Made by a program: the position numbers and the translations under genes. The notes under the pieces were generated by a model, which saw only the letters and a list, made by a program, of their open reading frames with translations, ran no database searches and was not told where the DNA came from. From an uncultured Christensenellaceae bacterium (GTDB lineage Bacteria; Bacillota; Clostridia; Christensenellales; MGBC116941): DNA of 44,282 nucleotides. Positions 18,750 through 26,835 of this stretch are shown piece after piece (position 1 is the first letter of the stretch; each line of letters begins with the position of its first letter). Where the stretch lies: the NCBI GenBank assembly GCA_910585035.1, contig CAJUEF010000001.1, forward strand, positions 81,846-126,127, written 5' to 3'.

Positions 18750-19295
18750 TTGAAATACAAGGATACGGCGGTTTTTTTATTACTATTATCGGTATGCTTT
18801 TTGGGAATAATTGTTGGAGTGGTGGTGGCAAAGAGGCAGCAGGTTGACGTATCTATAATATCGTCTTCCATTGCTGCTGTAAAATCTGACCAGTGCAGCT
18901 TAAATACAGTGTTTTTAAAAGGGCTTTTATCCAATCTGTATTTATTTATAATGCTTAGTATAACGGGAATGCTGGTATTTGGGTTTCCAATAAGCACAGC
19001 TTTGCTGTTTTATAAAGGATATGCGGTTGGTTTTACTTGCTCTTGTATATGTATGGCTATGGGGTTTAGAGGAATTGCAATGGCCATAGTCGGAGTGTTG
19101 TTTCCTTCTTTTGTATTGTTGTTGATTTTTTGCCATATGGTTTACGCTTCGACAGAAAGAGGCGACAAACGAAAAAGCAAGCTGGAAAGAAAAAATAAAA
19201 TGCGGCTAGTAAACGGATTTATATATGTCATAATATTTATTTTTGGAGTTTACACACAAAGCTTAATGCAATATATAGCATTTTACAAATTTTAA
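18750..19295 (+). CDS. spoIIM: Stage II sporulation protein M (SpoIIM)-like integral membrane protein
   Basis: The 181-aa polytopic membrane protein has its SpoIIM-like central block in the segment ITGMLVFGFPISTALLFYKGYAVGFTCSCI...GVLFPSFVLL. TTG start after an AAAGGAGA ribosome-binding site. Confidence 0.65.
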   Translation: MKYKDTAVFLLLLSVCFLGIIVGVVVAKRQQVDVSIISSSIAAVKSDQCSLNTVFLKGLLSNLYLFIMLSITGMLVFGFPISTALLFYKGYAVGFTCSCICMAMGFRGIAMAIVGVLFPSFVLLLIFCHMVYASTERGDKRKSKLERKNKMRLVNGFIYVIIFIFGVYTQSLMQYIAFYKF

Positions 19296-19312
19296 TAAGG
19301 TGGTAAAAAAAG

Positions 19313-20455
19313 ATGAAAAAAATAATTACGGTATTTGTTAGTGTAATGCTGATGTGTTTTGCAATTATTCCTTCAAGGGCAGTGGAATTTAATGAAGCTG
19401 TTGGGTCAATTTATCTTATGGACAGCGCTACGGGAACGGTCATATATGAAAAGGACAGTCATCTTTATACTAATATTTCAGGATTAAACAAGCTGATGGG
19501 AGCTGCCCTTGTTATGGAAGCCATTAAGGATAACAGACTGAAACTTTCTGATACTACTGTTGTAAGTGAAAGCGCAAGAGGCATAGGCGGTTCTATAGCT
19601 TTTTTGGAAATAGGCAGCACATATACAGTTGAAGAGCTGCTAAAAGCTGTTATCACCGTTAACGCCAATGACGCTATGATAGCGCTTGCAGAAAAAACCT
19701 ATGGAAGTGTTGATGCCTTTGTGCAGAAAATGAATGAAAAGGCGGAAGAACTGGGGATGGAAAGCAGCACATTTACAAATGTGACCGGCTTTGAAGATGA
19801 AAAGCAGCTTAGTACAGCGAAAGACGTGGCTATACTTTCTGCTTATATCCTTAGTATGGATGGCTATACAAAATACAGTAAAGAATATATGTATAACTTA
19901 ACTCATCCTTCAGGAAGAATAACGGAAATAGTTAATACCAACAGGCTGATAAAAACTTATGAACTGTGCGACGGTCTTATGACGGGTTCTAACAGAAATC
20001 AGAACTACTCTATTGCAGCAACTGGAAAAAAGGGAGATATGAGACTAATTGCAGTTGTTTTAAATGCACCAAATTCTGACGTTAGAAATTCCACTGCAAA
20101 AAGTCTTCTGGAATATGGCTTTACCAATTTTACATCCAAAAAGCTGTATGCCAAAGATGATATAATAGTTCAGGATATTAAAGTAAAATCTGCAAATATA
20201 AAATTTAACGGAGTGCTGGAAAATCAGCTCAACGCCATTGTTGAAAAAGGAATGGAAAAGCAGATTGAAAAGGATTATGCTATAAATGATAATATTTCTT
20301 TGCCTCTTAAAAAAGGAGATGTTATTGGTGAGGCTATTGCCAGGTTAAACGGTCAAATAATAGGCAGGGTAAATATTGTGGCTGACAGTGACGTTCATAA
20401 GCTGACAGTAGGGTTATCTTTTAAAAATGTGCTTGGGAATTGGATTGGGGCTTGA
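19313..20455 (+). CDS. Secreted D-alanyl-D-alanine carboxypeptidase (PBP5/DacB, peptidase S11) homologue with substituted catalytic motifs
   Basis: Has a signal peptide (MKKIITVFVSVMLMCFAIIPSRA), full-length similarity to DacA/DacB and a PBP5 C-terminal beta domain. The SxxK position reads GLNK, SxN reads NAN and KTG reads MTG. Confidence 0.8.
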   Translation: MKKIITVFVSVMLMCFAIIPSRAVEFNEAVGSIYLMDSATGTVIYEKDSHLYTNISGLNKLMGAALVMEAIKDNRLKLSDTTVVSESARGIGGSIAFLEIGSTYTVEELLKAVITVNANDAMIALAEKTYGSVDAFVQKMNEKAEELGMESSTFTNVTGFEDEKQLSTAKDVAILSAYILSMDGYTKYSKEYMYNLTHPSGRITEIVNTNRLIKTYELCDGLMTGSNRNQNYSIAATGKKGDMRLIAVVLNAPNSDVRNSTAKSLLEYGFTNFTSKKLYAKDDIIVQDIKVKSANIKFNGVLENQLNAIVEKGMEKQIEKDYAINDNISLPLKKGDVIGEAIARLNGQIIGRVNIVADSDVHKLTVGLSFKNVLGNWIGA

Positions 20456-20480
20456 TAACTTTTTTAAGCTGATGTATAAT
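20452..20480 (+). promoter_or_regulatory. Sigma-A-type promoter for scfA-scfB
   Basis: TTGATA (20452-20457) is separated by a 17-bp spacer from TATAAT (20475-20480). It overlaps the stop of the upstream gene. A GTGAGG ribosome-binding site at 20501-20506 precedes ATG 20513. Confidence 0.55.
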
Positions 20481-20512
20481 AAACAAAATAAAACGCTTTA
20501 GTGAGGTATAAT

Positions 20513-20650
20513 ATGAAACATATTAAAGTTATTAAATCATGCAGCTTAGAAAAAAGAAGCGGATGCGGCGAGTGCCAGTCATCATGTCAGTCTGCCTGCA
20601 AGACATCATGTACAGTGGCAAATCAATCTTGTGAGAGAAAAGAGCAGTAA
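20513..20650 (+). CDS. scfA: SCIFF (six-cysteines-in-forty-five) ranthipeptide precursor
   Basis: Not in the ORF track. The 45-codon translation is MKHIKVIKSCSLEKRSGCGECQSSCQSACKTSCTVANQSCERKEQ. It carries the hallmark GCGECQ-SCQSACKTSCTV-NQSC core and sits immediately upstream of a radical-SAM/SPASM enzyme. Confidence 0.88.
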   Translation: MKHIKVIKSCSLEKRSGCGECQSSCQSACKTSCTVANQSCERKEQ

Positions 20651-20665
20651 AAGCTGCTCTTTTTA
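20641..20665 (+). terminator. Intercistronic hairpin plus T-run (partial terminator/attenuator) between scfA and scfB
   Basis: The stem AGAGCAG (20641-20647) / CTGCTCT (20654-20660) spans the scfA stop codon and is followed by TTTT. The scfB ribosome-binding site TAGGAGA and ATG 20684 lie downstream. Confidence 0.5.
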
Positions 20666-20683
20666 CTTGTTTAGGAGAAAAAT

Positions 20684-22036
20684 ATGATACATACATTTAA
20701 GTGCTTGGATAGGTATTATATGCTGGATGTTGATACCTGTTCTCTTTTTGAAATTGATGAAATTGCAAATGATTTATGCCCTTATGTCGAAAAGGGCAGC
20801 GATTATAGAGAATTATATAAAAAGTATGATGAAAGCCTTGTTGATGAAACTTATAAAGAGCTAAGTATGCTTAAAAAAACAGGACAGGCTTTTATATCCA
20901 AAGACTGGTCAAAGGAAAAGATAAATCCCGGACATGAGCTTAAAGCAATGTGCCTGCACGTATCTCATGACTGTGAGCTAAGATGTAAATATTGTTTTGC
21001 TTCCACGGGTTCTTTTCATGGGAAAAGAGAGCTTATGAGCCTGGATACAGGTAAAAAGGCTTTAGAATTTTTAGCAAAGCACAGCGGGAAAAGAAAAAAT
21101 CTTGAGGTAGACTTTTTTGGAGGAGAGCCCCTTTTAAATTTTGATGTAGTAAAGGGTATAATGGATTATGGAAAAAATGTTTTAGAGAAAAAATACGATA
21201 AAAATTTTCGTTTTACCATAACTACTAACGGCATGGGGCTTGATGACAAGGTATTAAAAGATTTTGAAGAAATGTATAACGTTGTTATCAGCATTGACGG
21301 CAGAAAGGAAATTCATGACAACATGAGACCGGATGCTGACGGCAATGACACTTATGCAAAGATTATTAATAATGGTTTAAATTTAAAGGATAATAGAAAA
21401 GGCAAAAGCTATTATGTAAGAGGCACTTATACCAGTGAAAATTTGGACTTTTCAAAGGATGTACTTCACCTTGCTGACGTGGGCTTTGACCAAATATCAA
21501 TGGAGCCTGTGGTTTTAGATGAAAAAAGTAAATATGCCATAAAAGAAGAACATCTTCCAAAGATATTTGAAGAATATGAAAATCTGGCAAGGGAATATAT
21601 AAGGCGCAGAGAAAAAGATGATACATGGTTTAATTTTTTCCACTTCATGATAGACATGGATTGCGGTCCATGTATAACTAAGCGGCTTACAGGATGCGGT
21701 GCAGGAAACGAATATATTGCAATAACACCTTTTGGCGATATATACCCGTGTCATCAATTTGTTGGTAATGAGAAATACAAAATGGGGAATATCCATGATG
21801 GAAGCTTTGATGAAGATATGCAAAATATGTTTTCTATGAATCATGTACTTAATAAGCCGGAATGCAATAAATGCTGGTGTAAATTCTTTTGCAGCGGCGG
21901 CTGTGTTGCAAATGCTGTCAGCTTTAATTCGGATATGTTTGAACCGTATAGCATGTCTTGTGAAATGCAGAAAAAACGTACAGAATGCGCACTGGCTATT
22001 TATTCCATTGAAAAGGAAAAAATACAAAAGGATTAA
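20684..22036 (+). CDS. scfB: SCIFF radical SAM maturase (thioether-forming, SPASM domain)
   Basis: Has the radical SAM motif CELRCKYC (CX3CX2C) and a GGEPLL motif. The C-terminal SPASM cysteines are CGAGNEYIAITPFGDIYPC ... CNKCWCKFFCSGGC ... C. It is adjacent to the SCIFF precursor. Confidence 0.9.
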   Translation: MIHTFKCLDRYYMLDVDTCSLFEIDEIANDLCPYVEKGSDYRELYKKYDESLVDETYKELSMLKKTGQAFISKDWSKEKINPGHELKAMCLHVSHDCELRCKYCFASTGSFHGKRELMSLDTGKKALEFLAKHSGKRKNLEVDFFGGEPLLNFDVVKGIMDYGKNVLEKKYDKNFRFTITTNGMGLDDKVLKDFEEMYNVVISIDGRKEIHDNMRPDADGNDTYAKIINNGLNLKDNRKGKSYYVRGTYTSENLDFSKDVLHLADVGFDQISMEPVVLDEKSKYAIKEEHLPKIFEEYENLAREYIRRREKDDTWFNFFHFMIDMDCGPCITKRLTGCGAGNEYIAITPFGDIYPCHQFVGNEKYKMGNIHDGSFDEDMQNMFSMNHVLNKPECNKCWCKFFCSGGCVANAVSFNSDMFEPYSMSCEMQKKRTECALAIYSIEKEKIQKD

Positions 22037-22094
22037 TAATTAATTTTAGCAAAATCCCTTTTGGAAATGTGATAATTTAATTGGTATATATAAA

Positions 22095-22124
22095 TTGACA
22101 TATATGGTAAAAATAAATTATAAT
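22095..22124 (+). promoter_or_regulatory. Sigma-A-type promoter for secDF
   Basis: A consensus TTGACA (22095-22100) is separated by an 18-bp spacer from TATAAT (22119-22124), about 40 nt upstream of the secD start. Confidence 0.5.
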
Positions 22125-22162
22125 TAAAAACATGTATAACATAATAGAGGGGAAGAAAAAGT

Positions 22163-23416
22163 ATGAAAAAAAGAACAATCATTGCACTGGTTTTTTTAAT
22201 AGTGTTTGTGATTGCCTTTGGATATCTTAGCATATATGGTGTTAGCTACGGTATTTATGACATCAGTGTGGTTAACAATATTCAAAGAGGTCTGGATCTT
22301 ACCGGCGGCGTGAGCACTGTGTATGAAGCGAAAGACAGCAATGTGGAAAATCTTGATGACAAGATGGACGGAGCTGTTGAGGTTTTCAGAAACAGACTGG
22401 ATAAGGAAGGATACACCGAGGCAACGGTTGTAAGACAGGGTGAAAACAGAATAAGGGTTGAAATACCTATAAATGAAAGCACTGAAATTACCAATCCCGA
22501 AGAAGTTATTGAATTTTTGGGCAAGCCGGCAAAGCTTGAGTTTAAAGACCCAAGCGGAAACATTATTATGGCAGGGGCAGATATTGAAAATGCCCAGGCT
22601 CAAAGAGGTGAAGGCGATCAGTATGTTGTTTACTTTAAGCTTACAGGTGATGGCACAACCAAATTCGGAGAAGCAACGTCAAAGCTTATTGGACAGACCA
22701 TAAGCATATATTTAGATGATGTTGCAATTTCCGAGCCGAAGGTTAACACTGCTATTACAGGAGGCAGCGGAGTTATAGAGGGAGGATTTACGGCGGATTC
22801 TGCAAGGCAGCTTGCGGTACAAATTGAATCCGGTGCTCTTCCTATTGAGCTTCAAGAGCTGGAGGTGCGTTCCATAAGCGCTACTTTGGGTGAGGATGCA
22901 CTGAAAAACGGCGTTGTTGCGGGAATAATAGGTCTTGTAGCTGTTATGATATTTATGGTGGTCGTTTACAGGCTTCAGGGAGTTGTCGCAAGTATGGCTC
23001 TTGTAATATATATGCTGCTTATGCTGTTCTGCCTTGCAACTATTAAAGGGGTGCAGTTATCTCTTCCCGGTGTTGCGGGCATTATTCTTTCCATCGGCAT
23101 GGCTGTTGATGCCAATGTAATCATATTTGAGCGCATGAAGGAAGAACTGTTAAGCGGAAAAACTATTGACACAAGTATAAAGGCAGGATTTAGAAAAGCT
23201 ATGCTTTCTATTATGGACTCCAACGTAACTACTCTTATTGCCGCTGTTGTACTTTATCTTTTTGGCACAGGTCCTATTAAGGGATTTGCAATAACTCTTT
23301 CAATAGGTATTGTGCTATCTATGATCACGGCTGTGGTTGTTACAAAGTATTTACTTAAAGCATTAGTAAGTCTTGGGCTTACAAAGCCAAGCTTATATGC
23401 AAATATAAAGGAATAA
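22163..23416 (+). CDS. secD: Protein translocase subunit SecD
   Basis: Has an N-terminal TM segment, a large periplasmic-type domain with the LGLDLxGG-like motif (RGLDLTGGVS) and C-terminal RND-like TM segments (SIGMAVDANVIIFER). Confidence 0.93.
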   Translation: MKKRTIIALVFLIVFVIAFGYLSIYGVSYGIYDISVVNNIQRGLDLTGGVSTVYEAKDSNVENLDDKMDGAVEVFRNRLDKEGYTEATVVRQGENRIRVEIPINESTEITNPEEVIEFLGKPAKLEFKDPSGNIIMAGADIENAQAQRGEGDQYVVYFKLTGDGTTKFGEATSKLIGQTISIYLDDVAISEPKVNTAITGGSGVIEGGFTADSARQLAVQIESGALPIELQELEVRSISATLGEDALKNGVVAGIIGLVAVMIFMVVVYRLQGVVASMALVIYMLLMLFCLATIKGVQLSLPGVAGIILSIGMAVDANVIIFERMKEELLSGKTIDTSIKAGFRKAMLSIMDSNVTTLIAAVVLYLFGTGPIKGFAITLSIGIVLSMITAVVVTKYLLKALVSLGLTKPSLYANIKE

Positions 23417-23431
23417 GGGGGCGAATAGATA

Positions 23432-24307
23432 ATGAAATTAAACGTAATCAGAAAGACAAAAGCATCCCTTATTTTAGCGCTGGCTGTTATACTTGCAGGA
23501 ATTGTTATGACCTTTGTCGGTGGTGGACTTAATCTTGGAATTGACTTTACAGGGGGTTCCCTTGTAACCTTGTCTTTTGAGCAGGAATATAATACCCAGG
23601 ATATAACCGACGTATTAAATGCCGCTAATGCAGGCGAAACATCTATTGTAAAAAGTGAAAATAACCAGGCGATTGTTCGTTTGCAGCTAAAGCCGGAGGA
23701 AGAGCTTTCAGCAATAAATGAACAGCTAATTACAGGTCTAAAAGAAAAGGGATATGCAAAAGTGTCTCTTGCCGGAGTGGACAGAGTTGGTGCAACCACC
23801 AGCAAGGAACTGGTTTGGAATGCTTTTATTTCAGTGGCAATTGCGTGTGCCCTAATACTCATTTATGTTTGGGCAAGGTTTGAACTTCATTCAGGTATAA
23901 GCGCAATACTAGCGTTGATACACGACGTTGCAATTATGATTTCATTTGTGGCTATTTTCAGAATTCCTATTAACAGCAGCTTTATAGCCGCGATTTTAAC
24001 AATAGTTGGTTATTCAATTAACAGCACTATCCTTGTGTTTGACAGGCTCAGAGAAAATAAAAAGCTTTATACTTCCATGAGTGATGCCGATTTAATTAAC
24101 AAAAGTATTGACGATACTTTTTGGCGTTCTGTAAACACTTCTCTTACCACATTTATTACTGTGTTCATTCTTTATATCTTTGGCGTTGAAAGTATTAAAG
24201 AATTTACTCTGCCAATAATGGTTGGTTTAATTGCAGGTGCATTTTCATCCATTATGCTTGCAGGACAGTGGTGGTATTTAATGAAAAGAACGACAAAGAA
24301 GGCATAA
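23432..24307 (+). CDS. secF: Protein translocase subunit SecF
   Basis: Contains LNLGIDFTGGS, six TM segments and IHDVAIM...GYSINSTILVFDRLRE. Confidence 0.93.
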   Translation: MKLNVIRKTKASLILALAVILAGIVMTFVGGGLNLGIDFTGGSLVTLSFEQEYNTQDITDVLNAANAGETSIVKSENNQAIVRLQLKPEEELSAINEQLITGLKEKGYAKVSLAGVDRVGATTSKELVWNAFISVAIACALILIYVWARFELHSGISAILALIHDVAIMISFVAIFRIPINSSFIAAILTIVGYSINSTILVFDRLRENKKLYTSMSDADLINKSIDDTFWRSVNTSLTTFITVFILYIFGVESIKEFTLPIMVGLIAGAFSSIMLAGQWWYLMKRTTKKA

Positions 24308-24334
24308 TAGCTGCTTTTATATATGACATAATTT

Positions 24335-24362
24335 ATAGCCTTCCTTTAACAAGGAAGGCTAT
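24335..24362 (+). terminator. Strong hairpin after secF (possible terminator with a weak U-tail)
   Basis: A perfect 12-bp stem ATAGCCTTCCTT / AAGGAAGGCTAT with loop TAAC is followed by ATTT. Confidence 0.45.
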
Positions 24363-24384
24363 ATTTGAAAAAGGAAACTTTAAA

Positions 24385-26835
24385 ATGAGATTTGTTTCAA
24401 AAGAAATTTGTGCAGATAAAAAACTTATAGAGCATATAAGCAAGAAATATGATATTCATGAGACTGTTGCAACTATACTTATATCCAGGGGGTTTACAGA
24501 TACTTTAGACGAATTTTTTTCTGAGGGAGAAATACATGATCCTTATCTTTTAAAGGACATGGATAAGGTAGTTGACTGTATAAAAAAACATATTGAAAAG
24601 GGAAATAAAATAACAATTTACGGTGATTATGACGTGGACGGAGTGTGTGCTTGTTCCATACTGTATTTGTACTTAAAAAGTATTTCTGCTAACGTTCATG
24701 TGTTTTTGCCCAATAGGCACAAGGATGGGTATGGGCTTAATAGAGAATGTATAGATGCAATAGCAGAAGACGGAACAAATTTAATAATTACTGTTGACTG
24801 TGGAATAAGCAATACTGATGAGGTGGCGTATGCAATTTCTAAAGGAATGGAAGTTATTGTTACTGACCATCACCAGTGTCCTGAGAAGCTGCCCAAATGT
24901 GTCGGAGTTGTCAACCCCCTTTTAGGTGATTATCCCTATAAGCTTCTTTGTGGCAGCGGGGTTGCATTAAAGGTAGTTCAGGCTCTTGGAGGGCAAGAGG
25001 AGTTTGATAGGTATGTTGATTTGGCAGCAGTGGCAACGGTAGCGGATTTAGTGCTTCTCACAGGAGAAAACAGAGCCATTGTAAAAAGAGGACTTAGCAA
25101 TATAAATGGAGAAAACAGACGCACTGGAATAAGCGCCATTTGTGCAAAGGCAGGTATTGAAAAAGATATTTCTTCCGGTAGGATAGCTTTTGCAATCGGT
25201 CCCAGGATAAATGCGGCAGGAAGAATGGACAGCTCAAGAAAAGCTTTTGATTTACTTGTGTGTGATGATTATGAAAAGGCTATAATACTTGCAGAAGCTT
25301 TAAATGCTGCAAATAATAAGAGAAAGAGCCTGGAGACGGATATTTTAAATCAGGCTATAATGCAAATTGAAAATCAAGATAACATGAAGTTTAACAAGGT
25401 AATAACCGTATGTGGCAAGGAATGGAACAAAGGTGTTATAGGCATAGTTGCCAGCAAGCTTGTGGAACGTTATTGCAGACCGGTTATTGTGTTTAGTGAA
25501 GAAAAGGGGATGTGTGTCGGTTCAGGCAGAAGCATTCCTGGGATACATTTGTTTAAGCTTATTAACAATTTTGGTGAAAGCTTTATTAAATATGGCGGTC
25601 ACGAAATGGCGGCGGGGATGTCTGTTGAAGAAGGAAAGCTAAAAGAGTTAAACATTAAGTTAAACGATTATGCAGCAAAAAATTTTGATGAAAGTCTCTT
25701 TATTCCTACTATGGCTTATGATATAGATATTGATATAGAGAATATTACAAGTAAGCTTGTTAATGACATTCAAATGCTCGCACCTCTTGGTATGGGAAAT
25801 AAAACTCCAGTGTTTAGACTAAGGGGAGTTGAGCTAAAAAATCCACGACTTATTGGAGAGAATAAAAACCACATAAAGATGAATGCTGTAAGGGGCGCTG
25901 TTAGTATTGACGCAGTGGCATTTTCAATGGGTGATAGGATAAATGATATAAAAGCAGAATGCAAGTATGACGTACTTGCCACTTTGGAAGTAAATTCCTG
26001 GGAGAACAGAAATTATTTACAGCTTCAAATAAAAGAGTTTAAACTTAGCTTAAAATCGGAAGCACAAAATTTTGTATCTAAAAACGGTAAAAGTTTTTTT
26101 AGATGTTTAAAATCCGCAGCTGAGCTTCCTATATGCAATTTAGATAAAAAGCAAATAAGACAAATGTGGAATTGGGAAATTTATTTAACAAGAAGGCTTA
26201 ACAAAGATGTTCTGGGGACTGCTGTTTATTCCAGCATTCCCAGCTGTTCATATGAGCTTGTGAATTTTCTTAATGAAAAACAGCTGGGCGATAATGTTGA
26301 TGTTTGTACTGCTAAGCCTTGCGGGAACAGCTGTGTAGTCATTGCGCCCGATTGGGAGGTGGATGAGCTGAATTATTCCCGCCTTGTTATATTTGATTAT
26401 GCACCAACTGATTTTATAGGCAGGGTTTTAAGAAAAAATCCTGATATACAGATAGTGATTTGCAATAATGATTTTACCGAGAACTGTTTGCAAAGATTTT
26501 TAATGGGCTTAGATTTTGAAAGAGATAAAGCTAAGATATACTATAGTATTATAAACAGTATATGCAAAATTCCAACTGAGCAGGAAGAACTTGTTTCAAG
26601 ATTTTGTGCTATGGGAAACGAAACGTCATTTAACGGATATTTTGCTTTAAACGTGTTTTGTGAATTAGGTTTTTTGCAAAATAAAGAGGGGAAAATATAT
26701 ACATTGAAAACTGATGGGAAAAAGGATTTATCAAGCAGTTCTGTTATAAGGGATATTTATAGTTTAAAAGAAAAAATTTTTAAGGAGATAGATTTAATTA
26801 AACCTCCCAGAAATTATAAAGGTAAAATAAAATGA
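24385..26835 (+). CDS. recJ: Single-stranded-DNA-specific exonuclease RecJ
   Basis: Has DHH motifs (IYGDYDVDGV, DCG, VTDHH) and the DHHA1 motif GGHEMAAG. The secDF-recJ-relA-dtd synteny supports the call. I prefer ATG 24385 because the upstream ATG 24268 lies inside secF. Confidence 0.9.
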   Translation: MRFVSKEICADKKLIEHISKKYDIHETVATILISRGFTDTLDEFFSEGEIHDPYLLKDMDKVVDCIKKHIEKGNKITIYGDYDVDGVCACSILYLYLKSISANVHVFLPNRHKDGYGLNRECIDAIAEDGTNLIITVDCGISNTDEVAYAISKGMEVIVTDHHQCPEKLPKCVGVVNPLLGDYPYKLLCGSGVALKVVQALGGQEEFDRYVDLAAVATVADLVLLTGENRAIVKRGLSNINGENRRTGISAICAKAGIEKDISSGRIAFAIGPRINAAGRMDSSRKAFDLLVCDDYEKAIILAEALNAANNKRKSLETDILNQAIMQIENQDNMKFNKVITVCGKEWNKGVIGIVASKLVERYCRPVIVFSEEKGMCVGSGRSIPGIHLFKLINNFGESFIKYGGHEMAAGMSVEEGKLKELNIKLNDYAAKNFDESLFIPTMAYDIDIDIENITSKLVNDIQMLAPLGMGNKTPVFRLRGVELKNPRLIGENKNHIKMNAVRGAVSIDAVAFSMGDRINDIKAECKYDVLATLEVNSWENRNYLQLQIKEFKLSLKSEAQNFVSKNGKSFFRCLKSAAELPICNLDKKQIRQMWNWEIYLTRRLNKDVLGTAVYSSIPSCSYELVNFLNEKQLGDNVDVCTAKPCGNSCVVIAPDWEVDELNYSRLVIFDYAPTDFIGRVLRKNPDIQIVICNNDFTENCLQRFLMGLDFERDKAKIYYSIINSICKIPTEQEELVSRFCAMGNETSFNGYFALNVFCELGFLQNKEGKIYTLKTDGKKDLSSSSVIRDIYSLKEKIFKEIDLIKPPRNYKGKIK

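Noticed and set aside
23254-23862. A 202-aa minus-strand ORF. Similar long antisense ORFs occur at 21515-22027, 41909-42439, 7945-8352 and 28253-28672.
   Set aside because: All are embedded antisense to + strand genes with unmistakable family motifs (secD/secF, scfB, coaBC, hslV/hslU, relA). Their translations are low-complexity with no recognisable domains. These are shadow ORFs.
24385-26835. RecJ looks long (about 817 aa), with a roughly 250-aa C-terminal extension beyond the DHH/DHHA1 core
   Set aside because: Firmicute RecJ proteins, for example in Bacillus, are also long (roughly 780 aa by recollection) and carry extra C-terminal domains. I do not consider this unusual without an alignment.
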